Origin: Phoronis australis
Taxonomy: Eukaryota > Animalia > Phoronida
DNA length: 64,000 bases
Assembly: GCA_002633005.1 (NCBI GenBank)
Contig: NMRA01000307.1
Span: 267,187-331,186 of the forward strand
Direction of reading: 5' to 3'
This document shows positions 53,192-64,000 of this stretch, piece after piece. The notes below the pieces were generated by a model. It was given only the letters and a program-made list of their open reading frames with translations. It was not told the origin of the DNA and did not search any database. Every line of letters begins with the position of its first letter. Position 1 is the first letter of the stretch. Both the position numbers and the translations under genes were made by a program.

Positions 53192-53255
53192 CTACCCTGA
53201 CCGGGACTCGAACCCGGGAACTTCTGCTAATCGTGCAGACACTCTAGTCCACTAG
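53192..53255 (-). mobile_element. tRNA-derived SINE head
   Basis: Minus strand CTAGTGGACTAGAGTGTCTGCACGATTAGCAGAAGTTCCCGGGTTCGAGTCCCGG with T-arm/B box; 5' end incomplete. Confidence 0.6.
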
Positions 53256-53300
53256 TCAAAATTTGCATATGTTATTGTAGATTCTTTTTGATGCTTGCAG

Positions 53301-53471
53301 GAAGCCAAGGCTGAAAAATGTTGTCGTATTCAGTTTAGTGTGCTTAACTGGAACACTAACGCCATCGATCTTTACAAGAAGCTGAACGGTATCAACTTGA
53401 CTGCAGAAGAAGGTTGGCTGTTATACAGATTCGACTCTAACGCTATAGACAACATTGCTCAGAATCTTTGA
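53301..53471 (+). CDS. SAT2: SAT2-like acetyltransferase, last exon
   Basis: ttgcag acceptor; EAKAEKCCRIQFSVLNWNTNAIDLYKKLNGINLTAEEGWLLYRFDSNAIDNIAQNL*. Spliced CDS is 498 nt (165 aa). AATAAA at 53963-53968. Confidence 0.95.
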   Translation, partial: EAKAEKCCRIQFSVLNWNTNAIDLYKKLNGINLTAEEGWLLYRFDSNAIDNIAQNL

Positions 53472-53837
53472 CTGTTTGGATTTTAGTATGTGTCAGTAAG
53501 CTCTGACGTCGAAGAATGTTGGAAAATAGTTCGACACTACTTTTCATCTGTCGTTTGAGATAGTTCAGGTTTGATCTGTGCTCCGACTTTTTGTCTCGGG
53601 GGAAAACGTGACAATCGACTACTTTCCACTTTTTGGAACACTGGCACATTCCACGTTTATTCACTCCTTTACCTATAGCTTACCGATGTCAATGTGAGGT
53701 CACGGAAGGTCAAACGTGATTATCTATTAAAGTTCGAACTGCATCATAAGCAGCATTTATACGAGAAAATGTTTACGCTATTTCTTCACTATTTTTAAGC
53801 TTACTTTTAACCGGTAATCCGGTTACTGTTTACATAA

Positions 53838-53906
53838 CATGGGCGGCCCACCATAGGGGGCTGGGGGGCTATATCCCCCCACTTTTTTAGTGCTGCGCCG
53901 CCCATG
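53838..53906 (+). mobile_element. 69-bp micro-MITE in the putative SAT 3' UTR
   Basis: CATGGGCGGC..GCCGCCCATG TIR, with CATAA on both flanks. Confidence 0.75.
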
Positions 53907-55760
53907 CATAACCTTAAAGTTTTCTGTTCAGATAATATGCACTGTTTTGCACTACTTATATAAATAAACGTTTTAACTTAACGAATTTCATTGCTTGTGT
54001 TTCATGGTTTATCCTTCTGGTGCCAGCCTTGTTGTTACAGCTCAGGCCCCTCTGCAGTTTGGTTCTGACTGGTTGCTAATTTGCCCACCAGCCAAGTGAA
54101 ATTGAAGAGATAAGTGTGTTTTACTCCATGAATGTCACAAATTTGAAAGTGTTGAACCCTAATTTTTAATTGGTGATAGTCGCTTACAGGGGTCTTGGAT
54201 TTTGAAAACCAGTTTGCCGTTAGTTCAATGGAGAAAAATGTTTCTCAAAACGTGGGACCTCTCCGTAAGTCATTATTACCTTTGGGGTAAGTGGTTTTTG
54301 GGCAATTCGAGTGTGGGATACCTTTTGAGATTTGTTCCTGTAAAAGCGGTTGTGAATTGGCAACAACTTGATTGCTATGGTCTCGGGGCGAGTCGTTTTA
54401 CAGTAACCGTCGTATTGACTCAATTCTGCCGCAAAATTGAATATGATCCAACTAAAAATCCTGTAACGTAGATTGGCAGCTGTGATACTCAAACTCATCC
54501 GCGCAAGTGACTACAATTGACACTGCACCGCCGCGATACTTGTGCTGGCACAGTACTTTAATGTGACATCCAAGTGTTATGCCGACGGAACTTCATGACA
54601 GCCATTCGAAATGAGGTATACATGTAAAAGAGGAAACAGCATGCAACGAAATTATTTTTGGCACAACTGCTTTTGGGAATGGACGACGTAGAATGGCGAC
54701 AAAAATAAAATTGCATTTTAATGGCTTAGTTCCGCCTTTTAGTAGACCATCCAACTAGTGCAACTTAGGACTAGTGCGCCTTTGTTCTTGGGCACCATCG
54801 GTATAGCGCACTTTCGTACTCTAGTGAGTTGCTCCCGATCAGTTTTATCTTTGTTTTGACTATGAACTTTCCTGGATGGATAAAGACTTACAAGACGTTG
54901 TATTTTTCCTTTTCTTCATGGACGCTTCGTGAACCATGAAAACTAAGGCAAACCAGCAAAATTCACCTTCGGTAGAGATTTTGTAAATGATTTTTCAAAA
55001 TACCAAGTGAGAGAAAATAATGCAAATTTGTCACTGTGGTTTTCACTCTATAATATCGCACGTGCACTTCATACCAGACAAATCGCCACCCTTACAAACC
55101 AACTCGTGTTAGTTCAAAAGAATCGCAATATGAAACCGACCCTGTCGCAACAAAATGGTCAGACTGTGTACGAAAACAGGCCAATGGAAAAACGTCAAAG
55201 GAAACCGATTATGTAGCCAGTCAGTCGTATTTTCGGAAAGAAGGCGGGCATATTTTCCGAAACAGTCAAACATTTTATGTGTTTTTTAAACATTAGTGAA
55301 TTTTTAAAGAAACACGTTCTTTTTAATGTATGTAATTGTATCTCACTGGTAAGAATTTTATTCTTCCATACATATTTCTCATTAGGCAAACACAGTTTGT
55401 TAGAATTATCCTTCATAATCTTACCATCAAAATCAACAAATACCTCGATAAATGATAGTCATTTGAGTGAAATCGCGAGACCCAAAATATAATGTCTCGC
55501 CAAAATAAATTTTTTACTTCAAAACACATTACATACGGATGATAAAACGAGTCCGTTCGACTTTCAAGACATGCTAACGGTAATGAAAATACGCACATGG
55601 TTGTACTTTTTGAAATTGTTCCGAAAATATGCCAATGGACGTACTTGCTTTGGGGTGAGTCTATATTTTTGGAATTTTTATTCCTGGTTATTGGCATGTG
55701 ACGTGTACAATTGGTGACGTCGAACTATTCGTGACGTATTCACTTTACAAATTCTGTAAA

Positions 55761-58709
55761 ATGAAGCCGGGAATGGCTCACAGTGTTATTCGAAACTTTA
55801 TAAAAGATACAATATTATGGTTTATCCACTTTATTTTGCAAATTATGCTGAGAACGACCGAGAAAGTTTACTCTGTCGCGAGGAAATTCCCACGCATTGT
55901 GTCTTTTGGCAACAAAGACGCCTCTGGAACCACGGCAGTGAATGACGAGTGGTCAGGAGACACATCTGACGCGTCCAAAACTGTTCACAAAGCAGAAGCT
56001 GACACTAAATTAATGGAATCTTATGTCAGGTGCGTAACAGATTTGGGTTCTCTTCTCGTGATAGCATCACGCCGCAAAAAGGCAAACACTGTCCGCAAAT
56101 CAACGGACCTTGGTGGGCATGTCACCGAGTGTGAAGTCGAGTGCGAAGTTGGAAACTCGACAAGCATCTACAAAGAAGAAGCAAAATGTGAAAGAAACAC
56201 TTCGGAGGAAGTGTCCCGCTATTCCACAGAGAACGACGAGAAGGTAAAACAGAATGTCCATGAAAATACGGATCTAACAAATGAACAGAACGATCCTACT
56301 GATGACCCTGGTGTTGAAGGGAGAGAAGTCATGCAATTGAACGGTAGAAACAAACCAGGCGACGTCGAACATGTTCAACAGGAAATCATTCAGCCGTCAA
56401 GTACCACTGGGTTTGCTGATGAGGCTTATAGTGAGGAAAAAGTCCTGAAATCCGAAAGCAAACCCATTAAAAATGACCACTTAGAAGACGCTACACTGTC
56501 TGATTTTACTAAGATAACTGAGTCTACAGTTTCGGAGGAAGTGGGCACCATTTCTACAAAGAAAGATGGGATGTGGAGGACTAATGACAACCAAAAGACG
56601 GAACTCCCAAATTCAACAAAAGCGCCAATTGGCAACCCTGATGGTAGAGGGGGAGAAATCACGAAATTGAATGACAGAAACAAACCGATTGACGTTGATA
56701 ATGTTCGAAAGGAAGAAAGTCTTGAAATCTAAAAGTAAAAGCGTTGAAGGTCACCACTTTGAAGACGCCACTAACTCGACCGAGTCTATAGTTTCTGAGG
56801 AAGTTTATCCCATTTCCACAGACAAGGATGAATTGCTGAAGAAGAATGTCCATGGAAAGACTGAGCTGCCAGAGTTACTGGCAAGTCAAATCCCTTTTAT
56901 TACACCCGAGGAAGAAAATTGCATCGAAATACGAAATATTGAGGAAGATTGTGATATCCATGGGTTGCCTTACGGTGCAACTTTTTTCTCTATTGAAATA
57001 GCTGCTTCAGAAATCATCCACCGTAGCTCTACACGTATGATTTATAGTGGAGAGAAAGAAGCCGGTAAACTGGAAGGCATAAACAAGCCAGGCTACGTTG
57101 AAGATGTTCGACAGGAAGTCATACACTCGTCAAGTATTGTTGATTTCGCTGACAACGATGATATTAAGGAGGAAGTCCTGAAATCTGAAAGTACATCCGT
57201 TGGAAGTCGTCACTTGGACGACATCACACTGTTAGATTTCAGTGATTCGACCGAGCCTATAATTTTCTCTGCGATTGGGGAAACTTTTACACAGGACTCA
57301 CGACGTTCCATATCTGAGGCTCTGTGCAGCAAATCAGGCAGCGTCGAAGGTAAAAGCCCAGAAGATGCAAATTTGCACAGCTTCGCTAAGTTGCCCCAAG
57401 ATGCCATTTCTTTTCATTCTGTAAATCTTTTAGAGTACACGTTAATAGATAAAATTGTTGAGGACAAAGTAAAATTTTGGAGCAGTGGTCTGCCAAGCAA
57501 GCGTGAAGACATGCCACTGGCACTGGACGATGTTAAACCTTCTAGTGTCACCACCTGGCCTCACAGTCACATTTCGTTTGTGACGTTACATTTTCCAACA
57601 AATATTGATATGTCCGTAATCAGTAATGATGAAATTAATACCACATACCTTCAAGCTAAGAACGAACCAGGGGAGGTTGAGGATGCTCGCCTAGCTCGCT
57701 GGTTCCCTGCGTGCCGCTAAGTGGGGCGGTAGCCGCGCCAGCACGCAGGTATCACTTAAATTTCCTCTGTAAATTTTTTTACACCGGCGTTTCTGATTGG
57801 CTAGTCGATTCGTCAACAGACAGCGCTTTGCGCAAACAAACTGGCATGGCTGATGGACTCAAATGTAAATGTGGTCTGTTGTACAGACAAACCGGTGCTT
57901 AAAATTATGTACAGGAAATGTGACTAAGCCTAGAAATTGTGATTGAGCCTTTTCGGAATGCATCTTTCTACTGTCGATGACTTTTGTTTACGATAGTGTC
58001 CTTATACAGTATGAATAACACACCGTAATATGCGTTTATTGTGCATGTATGTGCTTCAAGCACACGGCTATTAAACATCACTGCACAAACGAAATAGTTG
58101 CTGCGACGCCACTTGCATGACAAGGCTAAAATCATTCACAGTCTGCCTTTTTTCACGGAGTTGCAAAGCTAACCAATGACTGCCAAGATTACATCGGCCA
58201 ATGCTAAAGCGCGTGCCACTGCGTGATACCTGCGTGCTGGCTGGGCTAAGCACGCAGGGAACCAGCGAGCTCGCCTAGAGGATCGAAAATCGTCTCCTGT
58301 TGCAACGTTGCCTCAGTATGATTTTTGTTTTGCTGGTGGGGATAATTCAATGGACACTGAATACAACGGTAAAAGTAAAATAAGATTGCAAATTAGCAAC
58401 AAGCCATACACAATTGATGGCATTTCTTCAGAAGATGACACGACGTTTGAGGAAGTGCCTCTCGATGCCGTTTCTTCTGATTCAGAGGACACCCACAGAA
58501 TTATCGGTGATTTTACGGATAAATCAAATATTGTAAAACGCGAAGGACTTTTCAAGCGTTTGAAATTACGATTCAGACGGAATCGTCACGTAGTCAAGGT
58601 CTGTGCTACTTCCTCTTTGCAGGCCCAAAGTTTCGCCTCGCGATGGCGGCATTTGATGTGTTGTAGTCCTTGCGAAGACGAGAACACCTATGCCAGATTA
58701 CACGACTAA
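55761..58709 (+). pseudogene. Intronless acidic repeat-protein gene (~787 aa when repaired), disrupted allele or pseudogene
   Basis: ORFs 55698-56732, 56671-57720 and 58308-58709 join if one A at 56716-56718 and the 57695-58269 insertion plus one TSD are removed. Three internal repeats (NKP..V..V..E...VLKS.S..V...H..D.T); AATAAA at 58863-58868. No recognisable family. Confidence 0.7.
57695..58269. mobile_element. 575-bp non-autonomous TIR transposon with 9-bp TSD
   Basis: Perfect 20-bp TIR CTCGCTGGTTCCCTGCGTGC, an inner 19-bp IR GCCAGCACGCAGGTATCAC, and TSD CTCGCCTAG at 57686-57694 and 58270-58278. Confidence 0.95.
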
Positions 58710-59332
58710 CGGACAGAAGTATGTTAAGCTCAATCTTGCGCGTCTTTTTAACACTTTTAACGTTTTTTATCATAAAATACGTTATACATCGTCGTATGTT
58801 TCGGAACCATAAAGTCTCTGCTGTGCACACATATTGAATGCAAATTGCACGAAGACAGGTAAAATAAATGAAAATGCAGCTGCAAAGTTTATTTTAAGTG
58901 TGCTTAAGCTGAAAGCACGCTGAGTACTCTCTAACGGATATAGTTTTAGTGTAACGAGACACTTCTGTTTTGCCGCCTGACACCACAAGACAGGTTACAC
59001 AGCCATCTAGACACTGCATGTCCAGATAAAAACTGACTAGTAGGCAGATTGTTCGAGGTTTCGATTCAGTAAAAAGACTGCCAAAATTGTTCGTTGTTAG
59101 AGGCATGCATAACGCAATCTCGTCGTTATATAGCGTAGTAGCCAGCACACTAACTCGGGGCAGCTGGAATATCCAATCGCGTCAAAATTCCGAAATTTCG
59201 ATTAGAGCATATTCATTAAAGACCTGGATTTAACTATCGTGTTTACTTATTGTCCACACAGCATTTGCCGAGAATATTCTTTTCAAATCGTCGAAAACAG
59301 CGAGCCCAGTTTCATTCCCAAAGTCCCTAATA

Positions 59333-59404
59333 CATGGGCGGCGCACCATAGGGGGCTGGGGGGGGCTAATGCCTCCCACTTTTTTCAGTGCTGCGCCGCC
59401 CATG
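59333..59404 (+). mobile_element. 72-bp micro-MITE (family of 53838)
   Basis: CATGGGCGGCGCA...TGCGCCGCCCATG termini; near-identical interior. Confidence 0.8.
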
Positions 59405-60049
59405 CATAATGATTCCGCCGTTTCTCCGGTATTTTACAACGCGCCCTCTGTTAGCAAGTAAGGGGTTTCATTACTCTCGTTTGTCAGAAGACTACCCCCG
59501 GGCATCTACAACTGATGTAACTGTGAAAATGGGAAAGAGTTGAAGTTTGCAATAAAGCAAACGGCCACCAAACCTACGGCTTATAAAAACATAGAATAAT
59601 CTGTTCACATTACTCCCAGTTAAAAGACAGAGCGGTCGCTGTACCTGGTGAGAGCCCCCGTCCTGAACAGAGCAGGTAAACGATTGCATGGTAGTAACGT
59701 GCAAAATTACCTCTAAATCCTTTTCCATGCGAGTGTAGGCCACGCTATCTTTCTTGTACCCTGAGAGAATGCCTTTGATTTCGGCATCCTTCAAAGACCG
59801 ATTACAACCTTACAATCTCCCTGTGGCCCCGTTTCCGGAAAACAACAAAAAACTTCACGTTTGTGCTCCAAGGTAAAGGGTGCCGAGCGATGTCATGAAG
59901 TGGCATGCGTTTGCACCCCGGCCAACCCGCGATCGAGAACGCCCGGAAGGCGATCGAGAACGAGACCTTGCACCAAAAATGGCAGACGGCAGTGACCTAC
60001 CCGGTGAGTTTAAGTGTCATTTTCTTCTTAAATAGAGGCTACTTTGGTA

Positions 60050-61380
60050 CAAATACGACACACAGAAAGGCGTCAGAGTGCAACCTTTGTTGTGGATTTG
60101 AAATATTACTTTGCTTTTACATCTGTAGGAGACTGGTAAGCTGGGACCTGGTGCAAAGCGGGGTGCACTTACTGAATGACAACATAAGCTTTCACCCAGT
60201 TGACATGGACAGTTCTTTCAACCGACAAGTGAATCTCGTCCACGTAGGACCGGACAAATCTTTGGGCTTTGTTATGACTGCTTGATTGACAGTATAAAGA
60301 GTTGCTTGATAACAAGGACTGTCGCATGTTCTCTAACCAGTTGGATAACTTGGTGTATTGCGAAAATTTCAGCCTGGAAACTGTCACAGTGTTTCTCAGT
60401 GACATTCAGATTTGTCGTCGTGTATACGGTCAGGAAAGTAAATTCTTGATCAGAATTGTCCAATGTCAAGTTTACAGTCACCAGTCAAGCAGGCGGAGTG
60501 TCGGTCAGTGAGGATTGTGATTCAGTGACTATCTCCAATTTCAGCACGGAAACGAGGTTTTCATAAAAGATTAGAGTTGTCACTAGAACGTCGTTGGACA
60601 ACACCAAAAAGTCCAACTATTCCTGGCATTAACCTGTTGTACACACTATGATTTTTGTGTGGGAGAGTATCTATGATTTTCTTACTCTTTCATGACCCAT
60701 TACAACTCGAAGGAAAATCTGTAAGTGCACCTTCAGCGCTGAGATAAATTCGCACGGGTCGTAAGCCAATAGGCTTTAGTAATACCGCCGTGGTCGTAGG
60801 TGCTCCAAAAATGATTAACACGCAACCTAAACGCTGTAATTGTGTCAGTTCCAATCTCATAGTACTCTGTTCAAGAGATGTCATTCATGAATTACTGCGT
60901 CTGATTACACAAAAGTAAACCCAGAGAATATTCTTGAGGGAGACTTCCCAAGCCTTACCCATCACACGGGACTATCCCATGACACGAAGTGTCTAGGAAA
61001 GGTGATCAGATGGTGGAGAAATGAGCCTAAGTAGGTTATTTTTTCCCGTATTGAGAGTCCAGTATCCTAGAGCTTCAATGGAATTATGTGTCATTTCCAC
61101 TTCCAGGTGAAACCACTACTTTTGTCTCGCTGCTACTGATCTCTGCGCCTACTGCCTTGGTCCATTGCATAGCATTGTTAAACAAATATTTCCCAGAATG
61201 TACTTTTGAAACCTTCTGGGTAATTTTGCAATACGCGCCAGCATCAACACTGGAAAGACTGAACAGCATAACAACTTGGCCTGGGCCAATGTTGACCATT
61301 AAATGCCTTAAAACGAAGCCCATGACAATATTGAATATAGTTGGTACTTTGATACTACTTGTGGATTCCCTCTGACTGAA
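60050..61380 (-). mobile_element. Decayed R1/LOA-like (I-group) LINE with RT and RNase H
   Basis: PTIFNIVM, NAMQWTKAVGAEISSSETKVVV and LQRLGCVLIIFGAPTTT..IGLRP, then RNase H motifs SFQAEIFAI and VNWVKAY. Confidence 0.7.
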
Positions 61381-63143
61381 CGAAAACGAATGTTGTATTG
61401 AATGAATATAATGATGTTATTATAGTTGACAAGTGTCAGAATAAACATTGGTTAAGTAATTAGTACAGAAAGTTCCATTTTAATTTGCCCAAAATTTGTG
61501 CACATGTACTCTTAAACCATGGGATCAAACTTGTTTACATGTGTTTTTGACGCCAAGATCTATTTTTAGATGATGTTTACTACTTTGGTTCTGGGGTCAA
61601 AGCACTCTAAAGATTCTAGAAATTTCTGAGAGCAAATCGTACTTGCCAATGATATGATTAGATATGATCATGTGGTTTTTATTAGCCAATCGTTAAGTAA
61701 GTACATTATTATTATAAGTTGGGCAGAAGTCTTGAAAATATTCAGATGTGATTAAGTAGTTGAAGCTAGAAGACTTGCTACAGTGTACAGAAGGAATTGT
61801 ACATTCAACAGAGCCATCTCGTGGAAGATTCTAAAGAGGATCTTGGCAAGGGGAAGGGTTAGGAGGCACAGAACAGTTCTCACAGGTGTTTGGCTCTCAG
61901 AACACACGTCAATGGACTCTTCAGACTTTCTTCACTCTGTCAAAAACTGCATGCAAAGAAAGAAAAGTTTTGAGTCATTTCACACCACAAGCCTTACAGA
62001 TGAGCACAGAAACTTTATTCTCTCTTGTATTTTTGACCCTTTCACTCCCACAGAAAACCTATGAAAAATGGGGGCAAAAAACGCAAAATCGGCACTTTTC
62101 ACCCCAAAACCACCACTTCCTTGCCGATGCTCGACTAAAGCCAACAATAGAATTCTAAAGCAAATTTCCTACCGATTCCAAAAATGTGGTCCAACAATTT
62201 TTTTTTGCAAATCTGGCTTGTTTGAGGGGTACCAGAAATTGCGGCCAATTTATCAGTTGCTACCCGGCAATGCACAATTGCAACAGGGGGCCACCATCTT
62301 GAAGAAGAGTCCAGCTACAGCCGAGCAAATGGTCTTTTTCATATTCAACATGTTCACAAATAAAAACAAACCACATAATTAAAAAATTTCCCCCAAGCCT
62401 GGCTTACCCCTAGATTTTAATATTTAGGGAGTGCAAATTGGGCGCGGCCGCAGCCCAACTGTTCAGTGCCAGCTTAACAAACAGGAAGATAACAAAGAGT
62501 TTGTCACTGGCATCGTGGGTAGTAAGATACTGCCTATACGTGTTGCGTCACGAGGGACAGTGGCTAGCAAAAGGAATCGCGGGCAGAAGATACTGCCTGC
62601 ATGTGTTGCGTCACGAAGGACTGTGACCAGCAAGTACACAGTCGCAGTACAGTGTGTATTTGTTCGAAGATTCACCAACAGGACTGTCATCCAACAAGTG
62701 TAGAATCCTACAGCTTGGATAGCAGATAAGACGTTTGATTATTTATAGTTAACTGATTGAAGTAATTCTTACGTCTCTTCATTGTTAGATTACTTAATTA
62801 ACAACAGGTTTCACTTGTCTTAATTAGTGGTTATCCTGTAATAAATTAATTACTGGATTTAATCATTCTCTCTTCATCTACTCACAATCTCAAAGCATAC
62901 CATAGCTACCTTTTAAACAAACCCATAGTCGATTTCTGACAACAAGATTTAAAATGTTTGGATTTTTTTATAGTTGCAGTTTATTCTGTGATTATATAAT
63001 TTTTTGTATGGCATATATCAAGATAGGTTCAATGTATCACGCATGCCAGCATAGATACACATATACATATACATAAATTATACATTTCCATATACTACAC
63101 AAACACATAATGAGAGCTAATCGCACGGATAAATAAAAAATAT

Positions 63144-63869
63144 TCACACTGCAGTTAGATCCCTTGCCTGACTTTCAAAAAGCTTAAAAAGATCCTTTTC
63201 ACTTGAGAGGAATCCAATCTTCGTTAAGTTGTCAGCTAACATGTTCATCGAATGGTCGTGGGTTTTGCCGTGATAAAGGAAGCAGCAGACAGGGGCGCGA
63301 ATGAATCGGGTGGATTTAAGGGCCTCCACAACGCCTTGAGACACCAGGTCCTTCACTAGAAAGTTTTTGTCTGAACGACATTCCTTTAGACGGGAGACTA
63401 TCTTTCGAAGTGCCTTTTCGTCTCTATGCGTAAAAGCAAGATGGCCGACAACATGGCCGCGAGGCTCCAGAGGAACAGTAGCTTTAGAAATCTTGACACC
63501 GCACGAAAGAAAGACATCAAGCAATAACAAATCGACATTGTAAATCACCTTGGCACAATTACTTATACTATAACCCCCAAAGCGAGGGTTAATCTCGATT
63601 AACTTGGGCAATTTCTTTTCTTCCCACATCATATCCACGTCGTATACGCCATTGCGTAAGCCGACAGCCAGACAGCAGTGATATGAAGCCAGAACGAGCT
63701 CGTCTTGATCTTCCTTGGACATGTCTCCGGGCATTGCAAGAGCGGTGGCGTAGAACGATGGAGCTGATGGCTTACCTCGTTGAACTATAACACCGCCAAT
63801 CAGGTCACCGTCGCTAATGACAACATCCACGGCGTACTGCGTGCCAAACAGACGCTCCATCACTACAAC
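63144..63869 (-). CDS. CARNS1: Carnosine synthase 1-like ATP-grasp ligase, last exon
   Basis: ttttcag acceptor at 63872-63870; 726 nt to TGA. MERLFGTQYAVDVV..ATALAMPG..ASYHCCLAVGLRNGVYDVD..LIEINPRFGG..IYNVDLLL..LSCG aligns by eye with the CARNS1 C-terminal ATP-grasp. Upstream exons lie outside the window; orthology versus paralogy is unresolved. Confidence 0.82.
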   Translation of the reverse strand, partial: VVVMERLFGTQYAVDVVISDGDLIGGVIVQRGKPSAPSFYATALAMPGDMSKEDQDELVLASYHCCLAVGLRNGVYDVDMMWEEKKLPKLIEINPRFGGYSISNCAKVIYNVDLLLLDVFLSCGVKISKATVPLEPRGHVVGHLAFTHRDEKALRKIVSRLKECRSDKNFLVKDLVSQGVVEALKSTRFIRAPVCCFLYHGKTHDHSMNMLADNLTKIGFLSSEKDLFKLFESQARDLTAV

Positions 63870-64000
63870 CTGAAAATTGACCAAATGAACTCGTCATATC
63901 AACTCTGACTGGTTGGTCACGTTTTCAAGATCGGGGAGAAAGAACAGATATTTAAAATAATTTTCACGGTGACCATACATAGGCGGATTTAGGGGGGGGG

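Noticed and set aside
57711-57902. Near-identical 63-aa ORFs at 57711 and 40263 as a duplicated small gene
   Set aside because: Both lie in the left end of the same TIR transposon and start at non-ATG codons.

Overview
AT-rich, repeat-dense animal (invertebrate-looking) genomic DNA with spliceosomal introns, so most of the supplied ORF track is noise. Genes reconstructed by reading splice sites: (1) the 5' half of an ABCG1/ABCG4-like half transporter on the minus strand (4 coding exons from 28580 to 828, with an 18.4 kb first coding intron; the gene runs off the left edge); (2) a complete 5-exon, 165-aa SAT/SSAT (SAT2-like) GNAT acetyltransferase on the plus strand (39453-53471) whose first intron has a GC donor; (3) an apparently intronless ~787-aa acidic repeat-protein gene (55761-58709) broken by a +1 frameshift and a young 575-bp TIR transposon with a 9-bp TSD, whose removal rejoins the frame; (4) the last exon of a carnosine synthase 1-like ATP-grasp ligase on the minus strand (63869-63144). 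The rest is transposon debris: CR1/L2-group, Tx1/L1 and R1/LOA-like LINE remnants, two TTAA Kolobok-like insertions, an IS3/IS481-like transposase pseudogene, Helentron/HINE-like elements, MITEs and foldbacks, tRNA-derived heads and minisatellites. The most unusual RNA-level signal is a tRNA-like head followed on the same strand by a minimal Penelope-type hammerhead ribozyme motif (about 42968-43165, minus). I found no CRISPR array, no rRNA and no convincing wholly new multi-gene system. All family calls are from motif recognition by eye; no searches were run.
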